In this document: positions 16,600 through 26,485 of the stretch, in pieces
Numbering within the stretch: the first letter of the stretch is position 1
Layout of the letters: every line of letters starts with the position of its first letter
NCBI GenBank assembly: GCA_020629155.1
Contig: JAHDDW010000006.1
Coordinates: 48,403 to 112,402 of the forward strand
Reading direction: 5' to 3'
Length of the DNA stretch: 64,000 bases
DNA from: Acidimicrobiales bacterium
GTDB lineage: Bacteria > Actinomycetota > Acidimicrobiia > Acidimicrobiales > SZUA-35
Made by a program: the position numbers and the translations under genes
The notes under the pieces: model-generated
The model's database searches: none
Told to the model about the DNA's origin: nothing
The model's input: only the letters and a program-made list of their open reading frames with translations

Positions 16600-17460
16600 A
16601 TGGGTTCACTTAAATTTGCTCTATTTCGGCTGGCGCGAAGAATATTTATCCCTATGCTTTTATTTGTTGACACGATCGTACTGTCACTGGCCATAGGCGG
16701 TCTTGTTGTAAAGTTTCCTGGTGCTCTTTCTGTTGGTGTGGGCGCCGCAGCTTCTATGGGTTTTTTGACATATCTTACTGCTGGAAAAACGGCGCGTACC
16801 AACAAACATCTCTTGTGGGTTACGGCGGCAGATATTGTTGCTTTGACAGTTGCTTCTGTAGCGTGGCTGCCTGTTCTTCCGGCTGTCACTGCCGCAGGTG
16901 TACTTCATCTTGCCTACGTCTACTGGTATTCTAGTTTGGATCGTTCAGGTCCAACCCCACTAAAAATCGGTCAGCCTCTGCCAGAGTTCGTGGTCGAATC
17001 AGTTGATGGATGCGAAACAGCAAGTAATGACCTACGCCAGCAGCCTCGCGTAATTTTGTTTTATCGAGGTAATTGGTGTCCGCTCTGTATGGCACAAATA
17101 TCAGAAATTGCGGCTGATTACCAGGCTCTTGAACAACGTGGCTATCGAGTGACGCTTATCAGCCCGCAACCCTCAGACAACACCGAAGAACTTGCTCAAC
17201 GATTCGATGTTTCATTCGATTTCTATGTCGATGCTGGGGGAGCAGCCGCTGATATTCTTGGCATTAAACATGTTGGAGGTACGCCCGCTGGAATCGCTTT
17301 AGGATATGATGGCGACACTGTGTTGCCAACAGTTATAATCACCGATAGCTCAGGTGTAGTTCGATGGCTTGATCTAACAGATAACTACCGAATACGCCCT
17401 GAACCGGCAACCTTCCTTGAGGTAATTGATTCTTTTGCAAGCGATAGCGTCAATGCCTGA
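16600..17460 (+). CDS. membrane-anchored AhpC/TSA (peroxiredoxin-like, thioredoxin-fold) protein
   Basis: Several N-terminal TM helices are followed by VILFYRGNWCPLCMAQISEIAADYQALEQRGYRVTLISPQ, a redoxin CxxC-type motif. Confidence 0.7.
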   Translation: MGSLKFALFRLARRIFIPMLLFVDTIVLSLAIGGLVVKFPGALSVGVGAAASMGFLTYLTAGKTARTNKHLLWVTAADIVALTVASVAWLPVLPAVTAAGVLHLAYVYWYSSLDRSGPTPLKIGQPLPEFVVESVDGCETASNDLRQQPRVILFYRGNWCPLCMAQISEIAADYQALEQRGYRVTLISPQPSDNTEELAQRFDVSFDFYVDAGGAAADILGIKHVGGTPAGIALGYDGDTVLPTVIITDSSGVVRWLDLTDNYRIRPEPATFLEVIDSFASDSVNA

Positions 17461-18070
17461 ACCTTTCGTTAATAAACGCAAAGAAGGTCAGCGGCGACGA
17501 AGTGATGCTCGTAGGCTGATAATTATTCAGTCTGCAACCAACCTCTTTATCCAATATGGATTTGAAGCAGTTACTGTGGATGATGTTGCTGCGGAAGCGA
17601 ATGCTTCGAAACAGACAATCTATCGACACTTCGGAAGCCGTGAAGGGCTTGTCAGCGCAGTAATTTCAAGTGTGCTTGCCACGATGCTAACCCCGCTAGA
17701 ACGTTCGTTGCGATCAGAAGACGGACGAAGGGCCCAACTACATGAGATAGCAAAAGCCTATCAAAAGATGGCTTTTGACAGTCAAGGGCTCCGATTGGTC
17801 AGATTTCTTATCGGAGTAACTCCCGGGAGTCCAAAACTAGGCGATTGCTTTGCAGAACAAGTGATACATCGAGTGATATCGCTTATCGAACCAGTAGTCG
17901 CCGAAGCACTTGGCAAAGACAAAGCTGTGGTTGAGACAGAGGCGTTTCTAGCTATTTTGCAGGGAAAAGAATACAACCGTGCATTGGTCGGCCAAACCCC
18001 AGATTGGCGACGCCTCAACGCTCTGCGAACGTATGCAGTTTCGAACGTTTTGGGAGAAAACGAAGCCTAA
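17453..18070 (+). CDS. TetR family transcriptional regulator
   Basis: The N-terminal HTH reads IIQSATNLFIQYGFEAVTVDDVAAEANASKQTIYRHFGSREGL. ATG 17453 overlaps the stop of the upstream gene. The track start at 17426 is less likely. Confidence 0.8.
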   Translation: MPEPFVNKRKEGQRRRSDARRLIIIQSATNLFIQYGFEAVTVDDVAAEANASKQTIYRHFGSREGLVSAVISSVLATMLTPLERSLRSEDGRRAQLHEIAKAYQKMAFDSQGLRLVRFLIGVTPGSPKLGDCFAEQVIHRVISLIEPVVAEALGKDKAVVETEAFLAILQGKEYNRALVGQTPDWRRLNALRTYAVSNVLGENEA

Positions 18071-18309
18071 AAATAGCTGTCAAACAATTTCTTGTAACAT
18101 CAGAACTTTGTTCTCCATAAGTATTTAGGGCTAGGCAGAAACGTGCCGAACTCAGCAGAAACACTAGCAAGATAGATAGTGAATAAGTACGGCGTAAAGA
18201 TTCTCTTAAAATTCCGCTAAGTATCACCTAATTGCGAGCCGACAGAGAAGTAGGAAGAAGATAAACATCTCGCAGCCATAGCAATGTGGCTGGGTTTAAG
18301 GAGAATCAC

Positions 18310-19542
18310 GTGGGTTCGAGACGAACAATAATTCTAATAGGGGCGGTCTTGTTTGGTCTCCTCGCAGCGATTGGCTTATTCAGCTATGTCCGAGGGGTAG
18401 AAGATAGCGTAGCAGAAGGTGCTGAAGCTATCGATGTCCTCGTCGCTAAACAAGATATACCTCAAGGTATCTCAGCTGATGAAGCTCTTAAGAACGGCAT
18501 GATCGAAGTAGATCAGATTCAGTCTGACTTTTCTCCTGCTTCAGCATTAACTGAGATAAGTCAGGTTCAGGAAGGCTTCGCCTCAACGAATATCCCCTCA
18601 GGATCAGTTATTGTCTCTGGGGCGTTTGTTAACGAACGTAAAGCAAACAACGTTAATCGAATCGTGAATAAGCTGGAAAACGAAGACCTAGTAACGGTTA
18701 CGCTTGAGCTTGATAAGCATCAAAATGTTGCAAGTCTTATAGAACCAGGTGACTTTGTGAACGTCCTTTCTATAACAACACCACAGCGTCCGTTCTGGGG
18801 TTCGAAAGAAGAACCAGCGAACGCTGACCTTAGCCAAGAAGCATACAATGAGTTTGTTGCTGTAACAGCGGCAAATAGGTTGCATAGCCATATCCCAGAA
18901 TCTTTGCGAACGACGCTAGGGCTTGGCGAAGATGAAGAGCCAAAGAAATTTCCTGAGTTGACGAAAGAAGAAAAAACACAAGTTATCGCTTGGGTAACAA
19001 CTAACGAATCTTTCTTTATCTCTAACCAGCTTTCGCAACGCAATAGCCGATATCTCTATCAAAAAGCGTTAGTGGTCGCTATTGATCAGAAGATAAATCC
19101 TAGTTTTGGTGCTGAACCTGGTGGAGCCGCAGGCCCAACAACACTTCTTGTAACATTGGGAGTAGCCCCTCGTGATGTGCAGGTTATTCTTAACGCGTCT
19201 CGCCAGAACAATGATGGCATTTACCTGTCGCTTGTTCCTGATGATTATGAGCCAATACCTCTTCCTAACTTGGATCCTTCGCTTCAAATCACTCCAGGTG
19301 AAGATGAATATCGTCTAGTCCCTACAGCTACTGGACGAATTCTTGATGATATTGATGGCCGCAACATTCCAGCGGATGCTAAACAAGCTGGAGGTTCAGC
19401 TTCTGCCGAACCAGAACCAGAGCCTGTAGAAACACCTGAACCGGCGACAGTGCCAGCAGGTGACGCTCCTGCAGAAGAAGGCGCTGGCGCCCCTGGCGAT
19501 TTAGCATTCCAAAGCCCACCCCCAGCTGACGCTATTAACTAA
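18310..19542 (+). CDS. cpaB: Flp pilus assembly protein CpaB/RcpC-like (SAF domain), unusually long
   Basis: The TM anchor is IILIGAVLFGLLAAIGLF. The SAF-like segment is IDVLVAKQDIPQGISADEALKNGMIEV. The C-terminal tail is P/E/A-rich. GTG 18310 lies 6 nt after AAGGAG (18298-18303). Confidence 0.75.
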   Translation: MGSRRTIILIGAVLFGLLAAIGLFSYVRGVEDSVAEGAEAIDVLVAKQDIPQGISADEALKNGMIEVDQIQSDFSPASALTEISQVQEGFASTNIPSGSVIVSGAFVNERKANNVNRIVNKLENEDLVTVTLELDKHQNVASLIEPGDFVNVLSITTPQRPFWGSKEEPANADLSQEAYNEFVAVTAANRLHSHIPESLRTTLGLGEDEEPKKFPELTKEEKTQVIAWVTTNESFFISNQLSQRNSRYLYQKALVVAIDQKINPSFGAEPGGAAGPTTLLVTLGVAPRDVQVILNASRQNNDGIYLSLVPDDYEPIPLPNLDPSLQITPGEDEYRLVPTATGRILDDIDGRNIPADAKQAGGSASAEPEPEPVETPEPATVPAGDAPAEEGAGAPGDLAFQSPPPADAIN

Positions 19543-19550
19543 AGGAACCT

Positions 19551-20846
19551 ATGAGCGAAGAATATGACTTCTCTAATCTTAACTTCGAAAGTTTCTCGGT
19601 AGATGGTTCGACATCAGCAGATGAAGAAACAGCGTTTCGCCTAGAAAACGGAGTTTCAATAGCGGTTGTCGATGCAGACCAAGCAGTTTGTGACTACTTG
19701 TCGTCGATGTTTGAAGGCTCAGTTGATTCAGCTTTTTCTTTATCAGCGATGGAGAACCAGCTTGGGCTTTCTTCTAAAGTTGTGATCATGGGGCCATCGT
19801 GTGCCACAGATTCAGAACTAGCTATAGCGGAACGTTGGGCAAAGCAGCATCCACATGTGGCGACTATTTTGATAACCTCTGAGCTGACAACGCAGCTGCT
19901 GCGTAAAGCGCTTCGTGTCGGGGTCAAAGATGTCTTAGCTGCTCCTGTTGATCAAAGTCAACTTTTTGAGACGATCAACCGTGTTGCTGAAGGTCTTCCT
20001 GATGGACAAGAACTAGCCGAAACTGCGCTGAGTGCACCTGTTCTTGATGAATCAGTTTCTGGTCGTGTTATCAACGTTTTTTCAACTAAAGGCGGTTCTG
20101 GTAAGTCTGTCACAGCAACGAACCTAGGTGTTGCGTTGGCGAAACGTTCGTCGTTGCCGGTAGTGATCATTGACGGGCATCTGCAATTTGGAGATGTTGC
20201 TGTCATGCTAAAATTGCAACCTAAACATAGTGTCGTTGACGCTATCGCACAAATAGACAGCCTTGACGGTCAAATGATCCAACAGTTCATGACAGTTCAT
20301 GAGCCAAGCGGTTTGATGGTGCTTTCAGCACCGCTTGACCCCATGTTTGCTGACCAAGTGCAAGGTGAACAGATGGTCAGGCTCATCGAAGTTGCAAAAT
20401 CATTCGCAGGGCATGTGATTGTTGATCTCCCTGGTTTGTTTAATGAGGTTGTACTTAGCGCTATTGAAGCCAGCGATGATTTGCTTATCGTCGCTGAGCT
20501 CGATATCCCAAACATCAAAAATGTCAAAGTTGGTTTGCAAACTTTAGAAATGCTTAACATTCCTAAAGAACAGATCCATATTGTGATCAACCGAGCTGAT
20601 TCAAAAGTGAAGCTTGATGTTACAGAAGTGGAAAAAGCGCTTGGAGTGAAAGCAATAGCGCATATTCCTTCTGATGTTGTGGTGCCAATATCTGTTAATC
20701 GCAGCACGCCCGTTGTGATATCTGCACCAAAATCTGGTGTGGCAAGAGCCTTTGAAGAGTTAGCGTTGCGCTTTTCTGAACAAGACGCAGTGCTTGCTCC
20801 TAGCAGCAGCGGTGGCAGCAGTCTTAAAAAGTTTTTGGTTAGGTGA
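19551..20846 (+). CDS. tadZ: TadZ/CpaE-like ParA/MinD-family ATPase with an N-terminal receiver-like domain
   Basis: The deviant Walker A is VINVFSTKGGSGKSVTATNLGVALAKR. The N-terminal receiver-like fold ends in ...GVKDVLAAPVDQSQL. Confidence 0.82.
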   Translation: MSEEYDFSNLNFESFSVDGSTSADEETAFRLENGVSIAVVDADQAVCDYLSSMFEGSVDSAFSLSAMENQLGLSSKVVIMGPSCATDSELAIAERWAKQHPHVATILITSELTTQLLRKALRVGVKDVLAAPVDQSQLFETINRVAEGLPDGQELAETALSAPVLDESVSGRVINVFSTKGGSGKSVTATNLGVALAKRSSLPVVIIDGHLQFGDVAVMLKLQPKHSVVDAIAQIDSLDGQMIQQFMTVHEPSGLMVLSAPLDPMFADQVQGEQMVRLIEVAKSFAGHVIVDLPGLFNEVVLSAIEASDDLLIVAELDIPNIKNVKVGLQTLEMLNIPKEQIHIVINRADSKVKLDVTEVEKALGVKAIAHIPSDVVVPISVNRSTPVVISAPKSGVARAFEELALRFSEQDAVLAPSSSGGSSLKKFLVR

Positions 20847-20860
20847 TGACTACCTCGCCC

Positions 20861-20899
20861 CAGTGTTCCGCTGCGATCGGATCGTTTCCATGTAGGTTT
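20861..20899 (+). repeat. copy E of the recurrent intergenic element
   Basis: CAGTGTTCCGCTGCGATCGGATCGTTTCCATGTAGGTTT aligns with copy C (GTATTTCCGCTCCGCTCGGGCCATTCCATGGAGGTTT). It sits in the 124-nt gap between tadZ and tadA. Confidence 0.55.
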
Positions 20900-20970
20900 C
20901 AGCGGATCGCTGTGTATGCAATTTGACAGAAAACAAAAATTTACCAGTTTGATGGATAGAAGGAGCCCCC

Positions 20971-22326
20971 GTGTCGCTGTATCAAAGGTTCAGTAACGAA
21001 AATGCAGATGAGTCTAGCGTAAGCGCTACCAGAGCGGCAGCGCTTGATGAGTTGCGCCACCGTGTACACGAAAGCTTGATAGAAGAGCTGGGCCCTATTC
21101 TTTACGACAAACGGCTTTCAGATGACGAACTGCGCACGAAAGTGCAAGATGCGTTACAGAAAGCTTTGATGCAAGAGAAAGTGCCGATTTCAGCTTCTGA
21201 TAGGGCGCAAATTATTGAAGATGTTTCTGCTGACGTCTTAGGGTATGGCCCGATCGATAAATTGTTGCGTGATGAAGATGTTTCTGAAATCATGTGTAAT
21301 GGTCCTGATCAGATATTTGTAGAGCGCTCAGGAAAAATCTCTTTGGAGGATACGACCTTTGTTGATGCTAGCCATTTGCGTCGTGTTATCGATAAGATTG
21401 TCTCGCAAGTTGGCCGTCGCATTGATGAGTCGTCCCCACTTTGTGACGCGCGTTTGCCCGATGGTTCTCGTGTGAATGCGGTGGTTGAACCGCTTGCTAT
21501 TGGCGGCCCTTTCTTAACAATTCGTAAGTTCGCGACTGAGCCGTTGCGTATCGATGATCTTATTCGCTTCGGCACATTAAGTGTCCATTCGGCTCGTTTC
21601 TTGCAGGCTTGTATTGTGGGCAAGTTAAATGTGATCGTTTCTGGTGGTACAGGTACAGGAAAAACAACCACGCTTAACGTTCTGTCTGGCTTCATTCCTT
21701 CTAATGAACGTATTATCACTGTTGAAGATGCGAAAGAGCTTCAATTGGACCAGGAGCATGTTCTTTCTTTAGAAAGTCGCCCTCCCAACATTGAAGGCAA
21801 AGGCGAGATCGCGATTCGTGATTTGGTGAAAAATACACTGCGTATGCGCCCTGACCGTATTGTGGTAGGGGAGTGTCGTTCGGGTGAAGCGCTTGACATG
21901 TTGCAGGCAATGAATACAGGCCATGATGGCTCGCTCACAACGTTGCACGCAAATAACCCTCGCGATTCGTTAAGCCGTCTTGAGACGTTAGTTATGATGG
22001 CAGGTTTCGATCTGCCTGTGCGTGCTATTCGCGAACAGATCTCGTCGGCTGTTGATCTTATTGTGCAGCTGCAACGTCTTCGTGATGGGACACGCCGTAT
22101 TACTCACGTGACTGAAGTGGATGGGATGGAAGGCGACATTATCACCTTGCAAGATATTTTCTTGTTTGACTTCAAAGCTGGGGCTGATGATTCAGGACGC
22201 TATAAAGGCGATTTGCAGCCAACAGGTGTGCGCCCTAAATTTTCTCAAAAGCTAGCAGATAACGGCATTCGACTCGCTCCAGAAATGTTTGCAGCAGCCT
22301 CTAGACAAGCGCCTGGGAGGAAATAA
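20971..22326 (+). CDS. tadA: TadA/CpaF type II/IV secretion ATPase
   Basis: The Walker A is VSGGTGTGKTTTLN. Other conserved stretches are RPDRIVVGECRSGEALDMLQAMNTGHDGSLTTLHAN. AAGGAG precedes GTG 20971. Confidence 0.92.
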   Translation: MSLYQRFSNENADESSVSATRAAALDELRHRVHESLIEELGPILYDKRLSDDELRTKVQDALQKALMQEKVPISASDRAQIIEDVSADVLGYGPIDKLLRDEDVSEIMCNGPDQIFVERSGKISLEDTTFVDASHLRRVIDKIVSQVGRRIDESSPLCDARLPDGSRVNAVVEPLAIGGPFLTIRKFATEPLRIDDLIRFGTLSVHSARFLQACIVGKLNVIVSGGTGTGKTTTLNVLSGFIPSNERIITVEDAKELQLDQEHVLSLESRPPNIEGKGEIAIRDLVKNTLRMRPDRIVVGECRSGEALDMLQAMNTGHDGSLTTLHANNPRDSLSRLETLVMMAGFDLPVRAIREQISSAVDLIVQLQRLRDGTRRITHVTEVDGMEGDIITLQDIFLFDFKAGADDSGRYKGDLQPTGVRPKFSQKLADNGIRLAPEMFAAASRQAPGRK

Positions 22327-23399
22327 TGACTATGAAATTTGCAGCGTCCTTGGAAGCTATTTCGCTTCATGCTGATATGTCTTCAGCTGAGCTGATGACA
22401 TTAGCGGCAGGCTCAAGCATTTGGGGTAGTAAAATTGTTCTTTATGTCTCGATGTTGCTGGCATTTGTTGGCATAGCAGCTGGTGTGTGGGCGATAGTTT
22501 CTTTGTTTGGTAACCCTGATGGCGAGCTTGATGGTGTGCTTTCAAGCTACGTTAACCCTGACGGCACTGTCGTGACAGAAGAAGACTTACTTGTTCAGTC
22601 ATCTATTGTTAAGAAGGCAATTAGTGCGACGGAAACTTTTACTGAGAAACGCGGTTTCTCTGAAAAAGTTGCGGATTTGCTTGAACGCGCTGATTTGCCT
22701 GTTAAAACAGCAGAGGCATTGTTTTTTGGATTCGCGGGAACGTTTATTGTTTTTGGTTTAGTGTTTGTTGTTTCTAAATCTTTAATAGGAGCCCTTGTTT
22801 TTGGTTTGACAGCTGCTGGGATTATGTTTTTTGTCTTGCAGTTCCTTGCACGTCGAAGGTTGAAAAAGTTTGAGTCTCAGCTTCCAGACACGTTGCAGTT
22901 GCTTGCTGGTACTTTACGCGCAGGTTACTCGCTTCCGCAGGGTATGGATGCTGTCTCTAAAGAGATTGATGATCCTATGGGGCAAGAACTTGCTAGGGCT
23001 ATGTCAGAAGCACAACTTGGTAGAGATTTGGAAGATGCTCTAGCAGGCGTCGCTGACCGTCTTGATAGTCCCGATTTTGCTTGGGCTGTTATGGCTATAG
23101 CGATTCAGCGCGAAGTGGGCGGTAACTTAAATGAGCTGTTGATGAGCGTTGCAGAAACAATGACCCAACGTGACCGCCTGAAGCGTGAGGTGTCGGCGTT
23201 GACTGCTGAAGGCCGTGTTTCAGCCGGCATGCTTTCGATTATGCCGCCTGCACTTGCTATGGTCATTTGGATTATTAACCCTGGCTATTTGGATCCTCTT
23301 TTTACCGAATGGGCAGGAAGGATAGCGTTGGGGGTTGGTATTATGTCCGCTCTCATTGGTTTGGTTTGGATGAAGAAAGTGATAACGATCGATGCCTAG
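22326..23399 (+). CDS. tadB: TadB-like type II secretion system F-family membrane protein
   Basis: The T2SSF-like region is QLPDTLQLLAGTLRAGYSLPQGMDAV with flanking TM helices. Its ATG overlaps the tadA stop (TAATG). Confidence 0.8.
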   Translation: MTMKFAASLEAISLHADMSSAELMTLAAGSSIWGSKIVLYVSMLLAFVGIAAGVWAIVSLFGNPDGELDGVLSSYVNPDGTVVTEEDLLVQSSIVKKAISATETFTEKRGFSEKVADLLERADLPVKTAEALFFGFAGTFIVFGLVFVVSKSLIGALVFGLTAAGIMFFVLQFLARRRLKKFESQLPDTLQLLAGTLRAGYSLPQGMDAVSKEIDDPMGQELARAMSEAQLGRDLEDALAGVADRLDSPDFAWAVMAIAIQREVGGNLNELLMSVAETMTQRDRLKREVSALTAEGRVSAGMLSIMPPALAMVIWIINPGYLDPLFTEWAGRIALGVGIMSALIGLVWMKKVITIDA

Positions 23400-24330
23400 T
23401 TTATTAAACATTATTGCATATCTTTCAGTCGCAGGAGTCGGTGTTTCTCTCGGGTTGGGTTTGTTTTTCCTTCTCTCTACTTTGGAAGATAAAGCAGCTG
23501 CCCGTGATTCGCTACGTCAACTTGGCGAGCTTGAAGTTGAAGACCAACGTGACAAGGACCTGCTTGCTCCAGCTCGTGACCGTTTAATTGCGCCTGCAAT
23601 GGCTGCCTTGGGTAAAGCTGGTAATCGATTTAACCCGCCTGCTTATGTTGAAAGTATTAAGGCTAAACATGTTCAGGCTGGCATAACCGAAGTGGGTGCG
23701 GTCGAACGATTCTTGGCGATCCGTGTCTTAGGCTTTGCACTTATCCCTGTGTGGCTTGCATTTGTATTCTTGTTAAACCCTTTGCAGCTAAGCGGCATGT
23801 TGCAGTTGATTCTTGCAGCTATTGGTGTTGCTGCGTTAGCTGTTGTGCCGAACTCACGGCTTAATCAAAGTGTTAGCCTTCGGCAAAAAGATATTCAGCG
23901 TTCGCTGCCTGATGTTCTTGATTTGCTTGTTATTTGTGTCGAAGCAGGGTTAGGTTTTGAACAAGCGCTCGATCGTGTTATCACAAACGTTCCTGGTGAA
24001 CTTTCTAATGAGTTTGCACGTATGCTTGGTGAAACTGCTGCTGGTGCGGCTCGTGCTGATGCGTTGCGTGGTATGCAAGAACGTATTGATACAGAAGAAG
24101 TTCGTTCGTTTGTTCTTGCTATGATTCAGGCAGATTCTTTTGGTGTGAGTATCGGTCGTGTGCTTCGTGGTCAGGCTGATGAGATGCGAATTAAGCGTCG
24201 TCAGCTTGCGCAAGAGAAGGCGCAGAAGGCTCCTATTAAAATGATGATTCCTATGGTCTTTTGTGTCTTTCCTGCATTGTTTGTGGTGATCTTAGGGCCA
24301 GCGGCTATTAAGATTGCAAACGACTTGTAG
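23392..24330 (+). CDS. tadC: TadC-like type II secretion system F-family membrane protein
   Basis: The T2SSF-like region is SLPDVLDLLVICVEAGLGFEQALDRV. It has multiple TM helices and overlaps the tadB 3' end by 8 nt. Confidence 0.8.
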   Translation: MPSLLNIIAYLSVAGVGVSLGLGLFFLLSTLEDKAAARDSLRQLGELEVEDQRDKDLLAPARDRLIAPAMAALGKAGNRFNPPAYVESIKAKHVQAGITEVGAVERFLAIRVLGFALIPVWLAFVFLLNPLQLSGMLQLILAAIGVAALAVVPNSRLNQSVSLRQKDIQRSLPDVLDLLVICVEAGLGFEQALDRVITNVPGELSNEFARMLGETAAGAARADALRGMQERIDTEEVRSFVLAMIQADSFGVSIGRVLRGQADEMRIKRRQLAQEKAQKAPIKMMIPMVFCVFPALFVVILGPAAIKIANDL

Positions 24331-24370
24331 CTGTAAAGGATAGGGTAGGCGCTACTTTATATTCTCATCT

Positions 24371-24401
24371 AGTGAACACTCTGAGCGCTGCGGAAATACT
24401 G
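24371..24401 (-). repeat. copy G of the recurrent intergenic element (box only, inverted)
   Basis: The reverse complement reads CAGTATTTCCGCAGCGCTCAGAGTGTTCACT. Compare copy A, CAGTATTCCCGCTCCGCTCAGGGTTGGCAC. Confidence 0.5.
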
Positions 24402-24457
24402 AGAGATGTGTGCTGAAAAGATATCCTGAGTAGCGATGTGCTGCTAGAATCGCCTGT

Positions 24458-26404
24458 GTGAATATTTCTGTTACTCTTCCTGATGGTTCTGCGAGAGAAT
24501 TAGAAGAAGGTTCAACCTTTTCTGATCTTGCCGCTTCGATAGGCTCGCGCCTTGCTAAAGATGCTGTTATCGGTGTCGCTGATGGGCAAGAGGTTGATTT
24601 GACAACACCAGTGCAAGCCGATCAAAATGTTGCTGTTGTGGTCGCCGATAGCGATCGTGGTTTGCATACAATTCGACATTCAACGGCGCATGTTCTGGCG
24701 CAAGCAGTTCTAGAGCTTTGGCCTGATGCAACCTTTGCTATCGGTCCGCCGATCGAAAACGGTTTTTATTATGATTTTGATCTTGGTGGCGATGCATTCA
24801 ACGATGACGATCTTGAAAAGATTGACGCGAAGATGCGTGAAATTATTGCTGCTGATCAGCCATTTATTCGCAGTGAAATGTCTGCAGCTGATGCTAAAGA
24901 AGTTATGGCGCAGCATAAATATAAGCGAGAGATTATCGATCGTGTGTCGGCTCACGAAGACGACAGCGAATTAGCTGGTGAAGCCGATGGCGATGTCATT
25001 AGCTTCTATCGCAATAGCGATCAATTTATTGATATGTGCATGGGTCCGCATGTGCCGTCGACTGCTCGTCTCGGTCATTTCAAGCTTATGAAAGTTGCTG
25101 GTGCATATTGGCGAGGTAGCGAAAAAAATCCGATGCTGCAACGTATTTATGGCACAGCATGGGCAACAAGAAAGCAGCTGAAGCAGCATCTTGTTCGTCT
25201 TGAGGAAGCCGCAAAACGCGATCACCGTAAGTTAGCAAATGAGCTTGATTTGCTGTCTTTCCCGCCTGAACTTGGCGGTGGTTTAGCTGTTTGGCATCCT
25301 AAGGGCGCCATCATTCGAAAGTTGATGGAAGATTATTCTCGTAAGCGTCACGAAGAGGGCGGCTATGAGTTTACGTATACGCCGCATTTGGCAAACGCTA
25401 AACTGTTTGAAACATCTGGTCACCTCGATTTTTATGAAGACGGCATGTATCCGCCGATGGAGATGGATAACGGCACTTACTATCCTAAACCAATGAACTG
25501 CCCAATGCATGTGCTTGTCTATAAGGCGCAGCAACGTTCCTATCGCGAGTTGCCGCTGCGTTTGTTTGAGTTGGGTACGGTGTATCGCTATGAGCGTGCA
25601 GGCACATTGCATGGGCTTATGCGCATCCGAGGGTTCACACAAGATGATTCCCACATTTTTGTGACGCAAGAAGAGTTGGCCAAAGAGTTGGCTAGTTTGT
25701 TAGCGTTCGTTCTTTCGGTCTTGCGGGCGTTTGGGTTTGAAGAGTTTCAAGCGAAACTTTCAACAAAACCTGAAGGTAAGGCTGTCGGTGGCGATGAAAT
25801 TTGGGATCATGCCACGCAGGCGTTGCGTGCAGCACTTGAAGAAGCTCAAATAGACTATGTTGTTGACGAGGGTGGCGGCGCTTTTTATGGCCCTAAGATC
25901 GATGTTGATGTGCGCGATGCGATTGGTCGTTCATGGCAACTTTCAACAATTCAGGCCGATTTTAATTTGCCTGAACGGTTCGATTTGGAATATGTCGCTG
26001 CTGATGGCACTCGTAAACAGCCAGTAATGGTGCATCGTGCGTTGTTCGGTTCTGTTGAGCGGTTCTTCGGTGTTCTGACTGAGCATTTCGCTGGGAACTT
26101 CCCGTTGTGGCTTGCTCCTGTGCAGGTTGAGGTGCTTCCAGTGGCCGAAGCTCACAACGAATATGCACAGAAAGTAGAACAACTCTTGACAGATAAAGGC
26201 TTGCGTGTGCAAACAACGTTGGCGACCATGCCGTTAGGTAAACGGATCCGCAATGCTAAGAAACAGAAACTGCCGTATGTGCTTGTTGTCGGTGATGATG
26301 ATGTGGCGCAGCAAAGCGTGGGTGTTAACCCTCGTGGCGGCGAAGTGGAACGTGGTGTGCCGCTAGATACGTTTGCTCTTCAGCTAACTGAAGAGTTAGC
26401 TTAG
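24458..26404 (+). CDS. thrS: threonine--tRNA ligase
   Basis: 648 aa. It has a TGS-like N-terminus, the editing-domain motif HSTAHVLAQAV, and class II core motifs YRELPLRLFELGTVYRYE and GFTQDDSHIF. Confidence 0.95.
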   Translation: MNISVTLPDGSARELEEGSTFSDLAASIGSRLAKDAVIGVADGQEVDLTTPVQADQNVAVVVADSDRGLHTIRHSTAHVLAQAVLELWPDATFAIGPPIENGFYYDFDLGGDAFNDDDLEKIDAKMREIIAADQPFIRSEMSAADAKEVMAQHKYKREIIDRVSAHEDDSELAGEADGDVISFYRNSDQFIDMCMGPHVPSTARLGHFKLMKVAGAYWRGSEKNPMLQRIYGTAWATRKQLKQHLVRLEEAAKRDHRKLANELDLLSFPPELGGGLAVWHPKGAIIRKLMEDYSRKRHEEGGYEFTYTPHLANAKLFETSGHLDFYEDGMYPPMEMDNGTYYPKPMNCPMHVLVYKAQQRSYRELPLRLFELGTVYRYERAGTLHGLMRIRGFTQDDSHIFVTQEELAKELASLLAFVLSVLRAFGFEEFQAKLSTKPEGKAVGGDEIWDHATQALRAALEEAQIDYVVDEGGGAFYGPKIDVDVRDAIGRSWQLSTIQADFNLPERFDLEYVAADGTRKQPVMVHRALFGSVERFFGVLTEHFAGNFPLWLAPVQVEVLPVAEAHNEYAQKVEQLLTDKGLRVQTTLATMPLGKRIRNAKKQKLPYVLVVGDDDVAQQSVGVNPRGGEVERGVPLDTFALQLTEELA

Positions 26405-26468
26405 GCGATGTCTTCTATTGTGCATCCACTGTATTTTCGCTTCGCTCAGGGCGTTAGCACGCAGTCTT
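26402..26468 (+). repeat. copy D of the recurrent intergenic element (decayed hairpin plus box)
   Basis: TAGGCGATGTCTTCTATTGTGCATCCACTGTATTTTCGCTTCGCTCAGGGCGTTAGCACGCAGTCTT starts at the thrS TAG stop. It shares the exact 14-mer GCGTTAGCACGCAG with copy F. Confidence 0.6.
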
Positions 26469-26485
26469 AACAGTTAAGGATTTTC

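Noticed and set aside
20847-20898. 16-codon ORF (MTTSPQCSAAIGSFPC) in the tadZ-tadA gap, considered as a Flp pilin candidate
   Set aside because: It is far too short and has no hydrophobic core or G/xxxxEY processing motif. The sequence belongs to repeat copy E.
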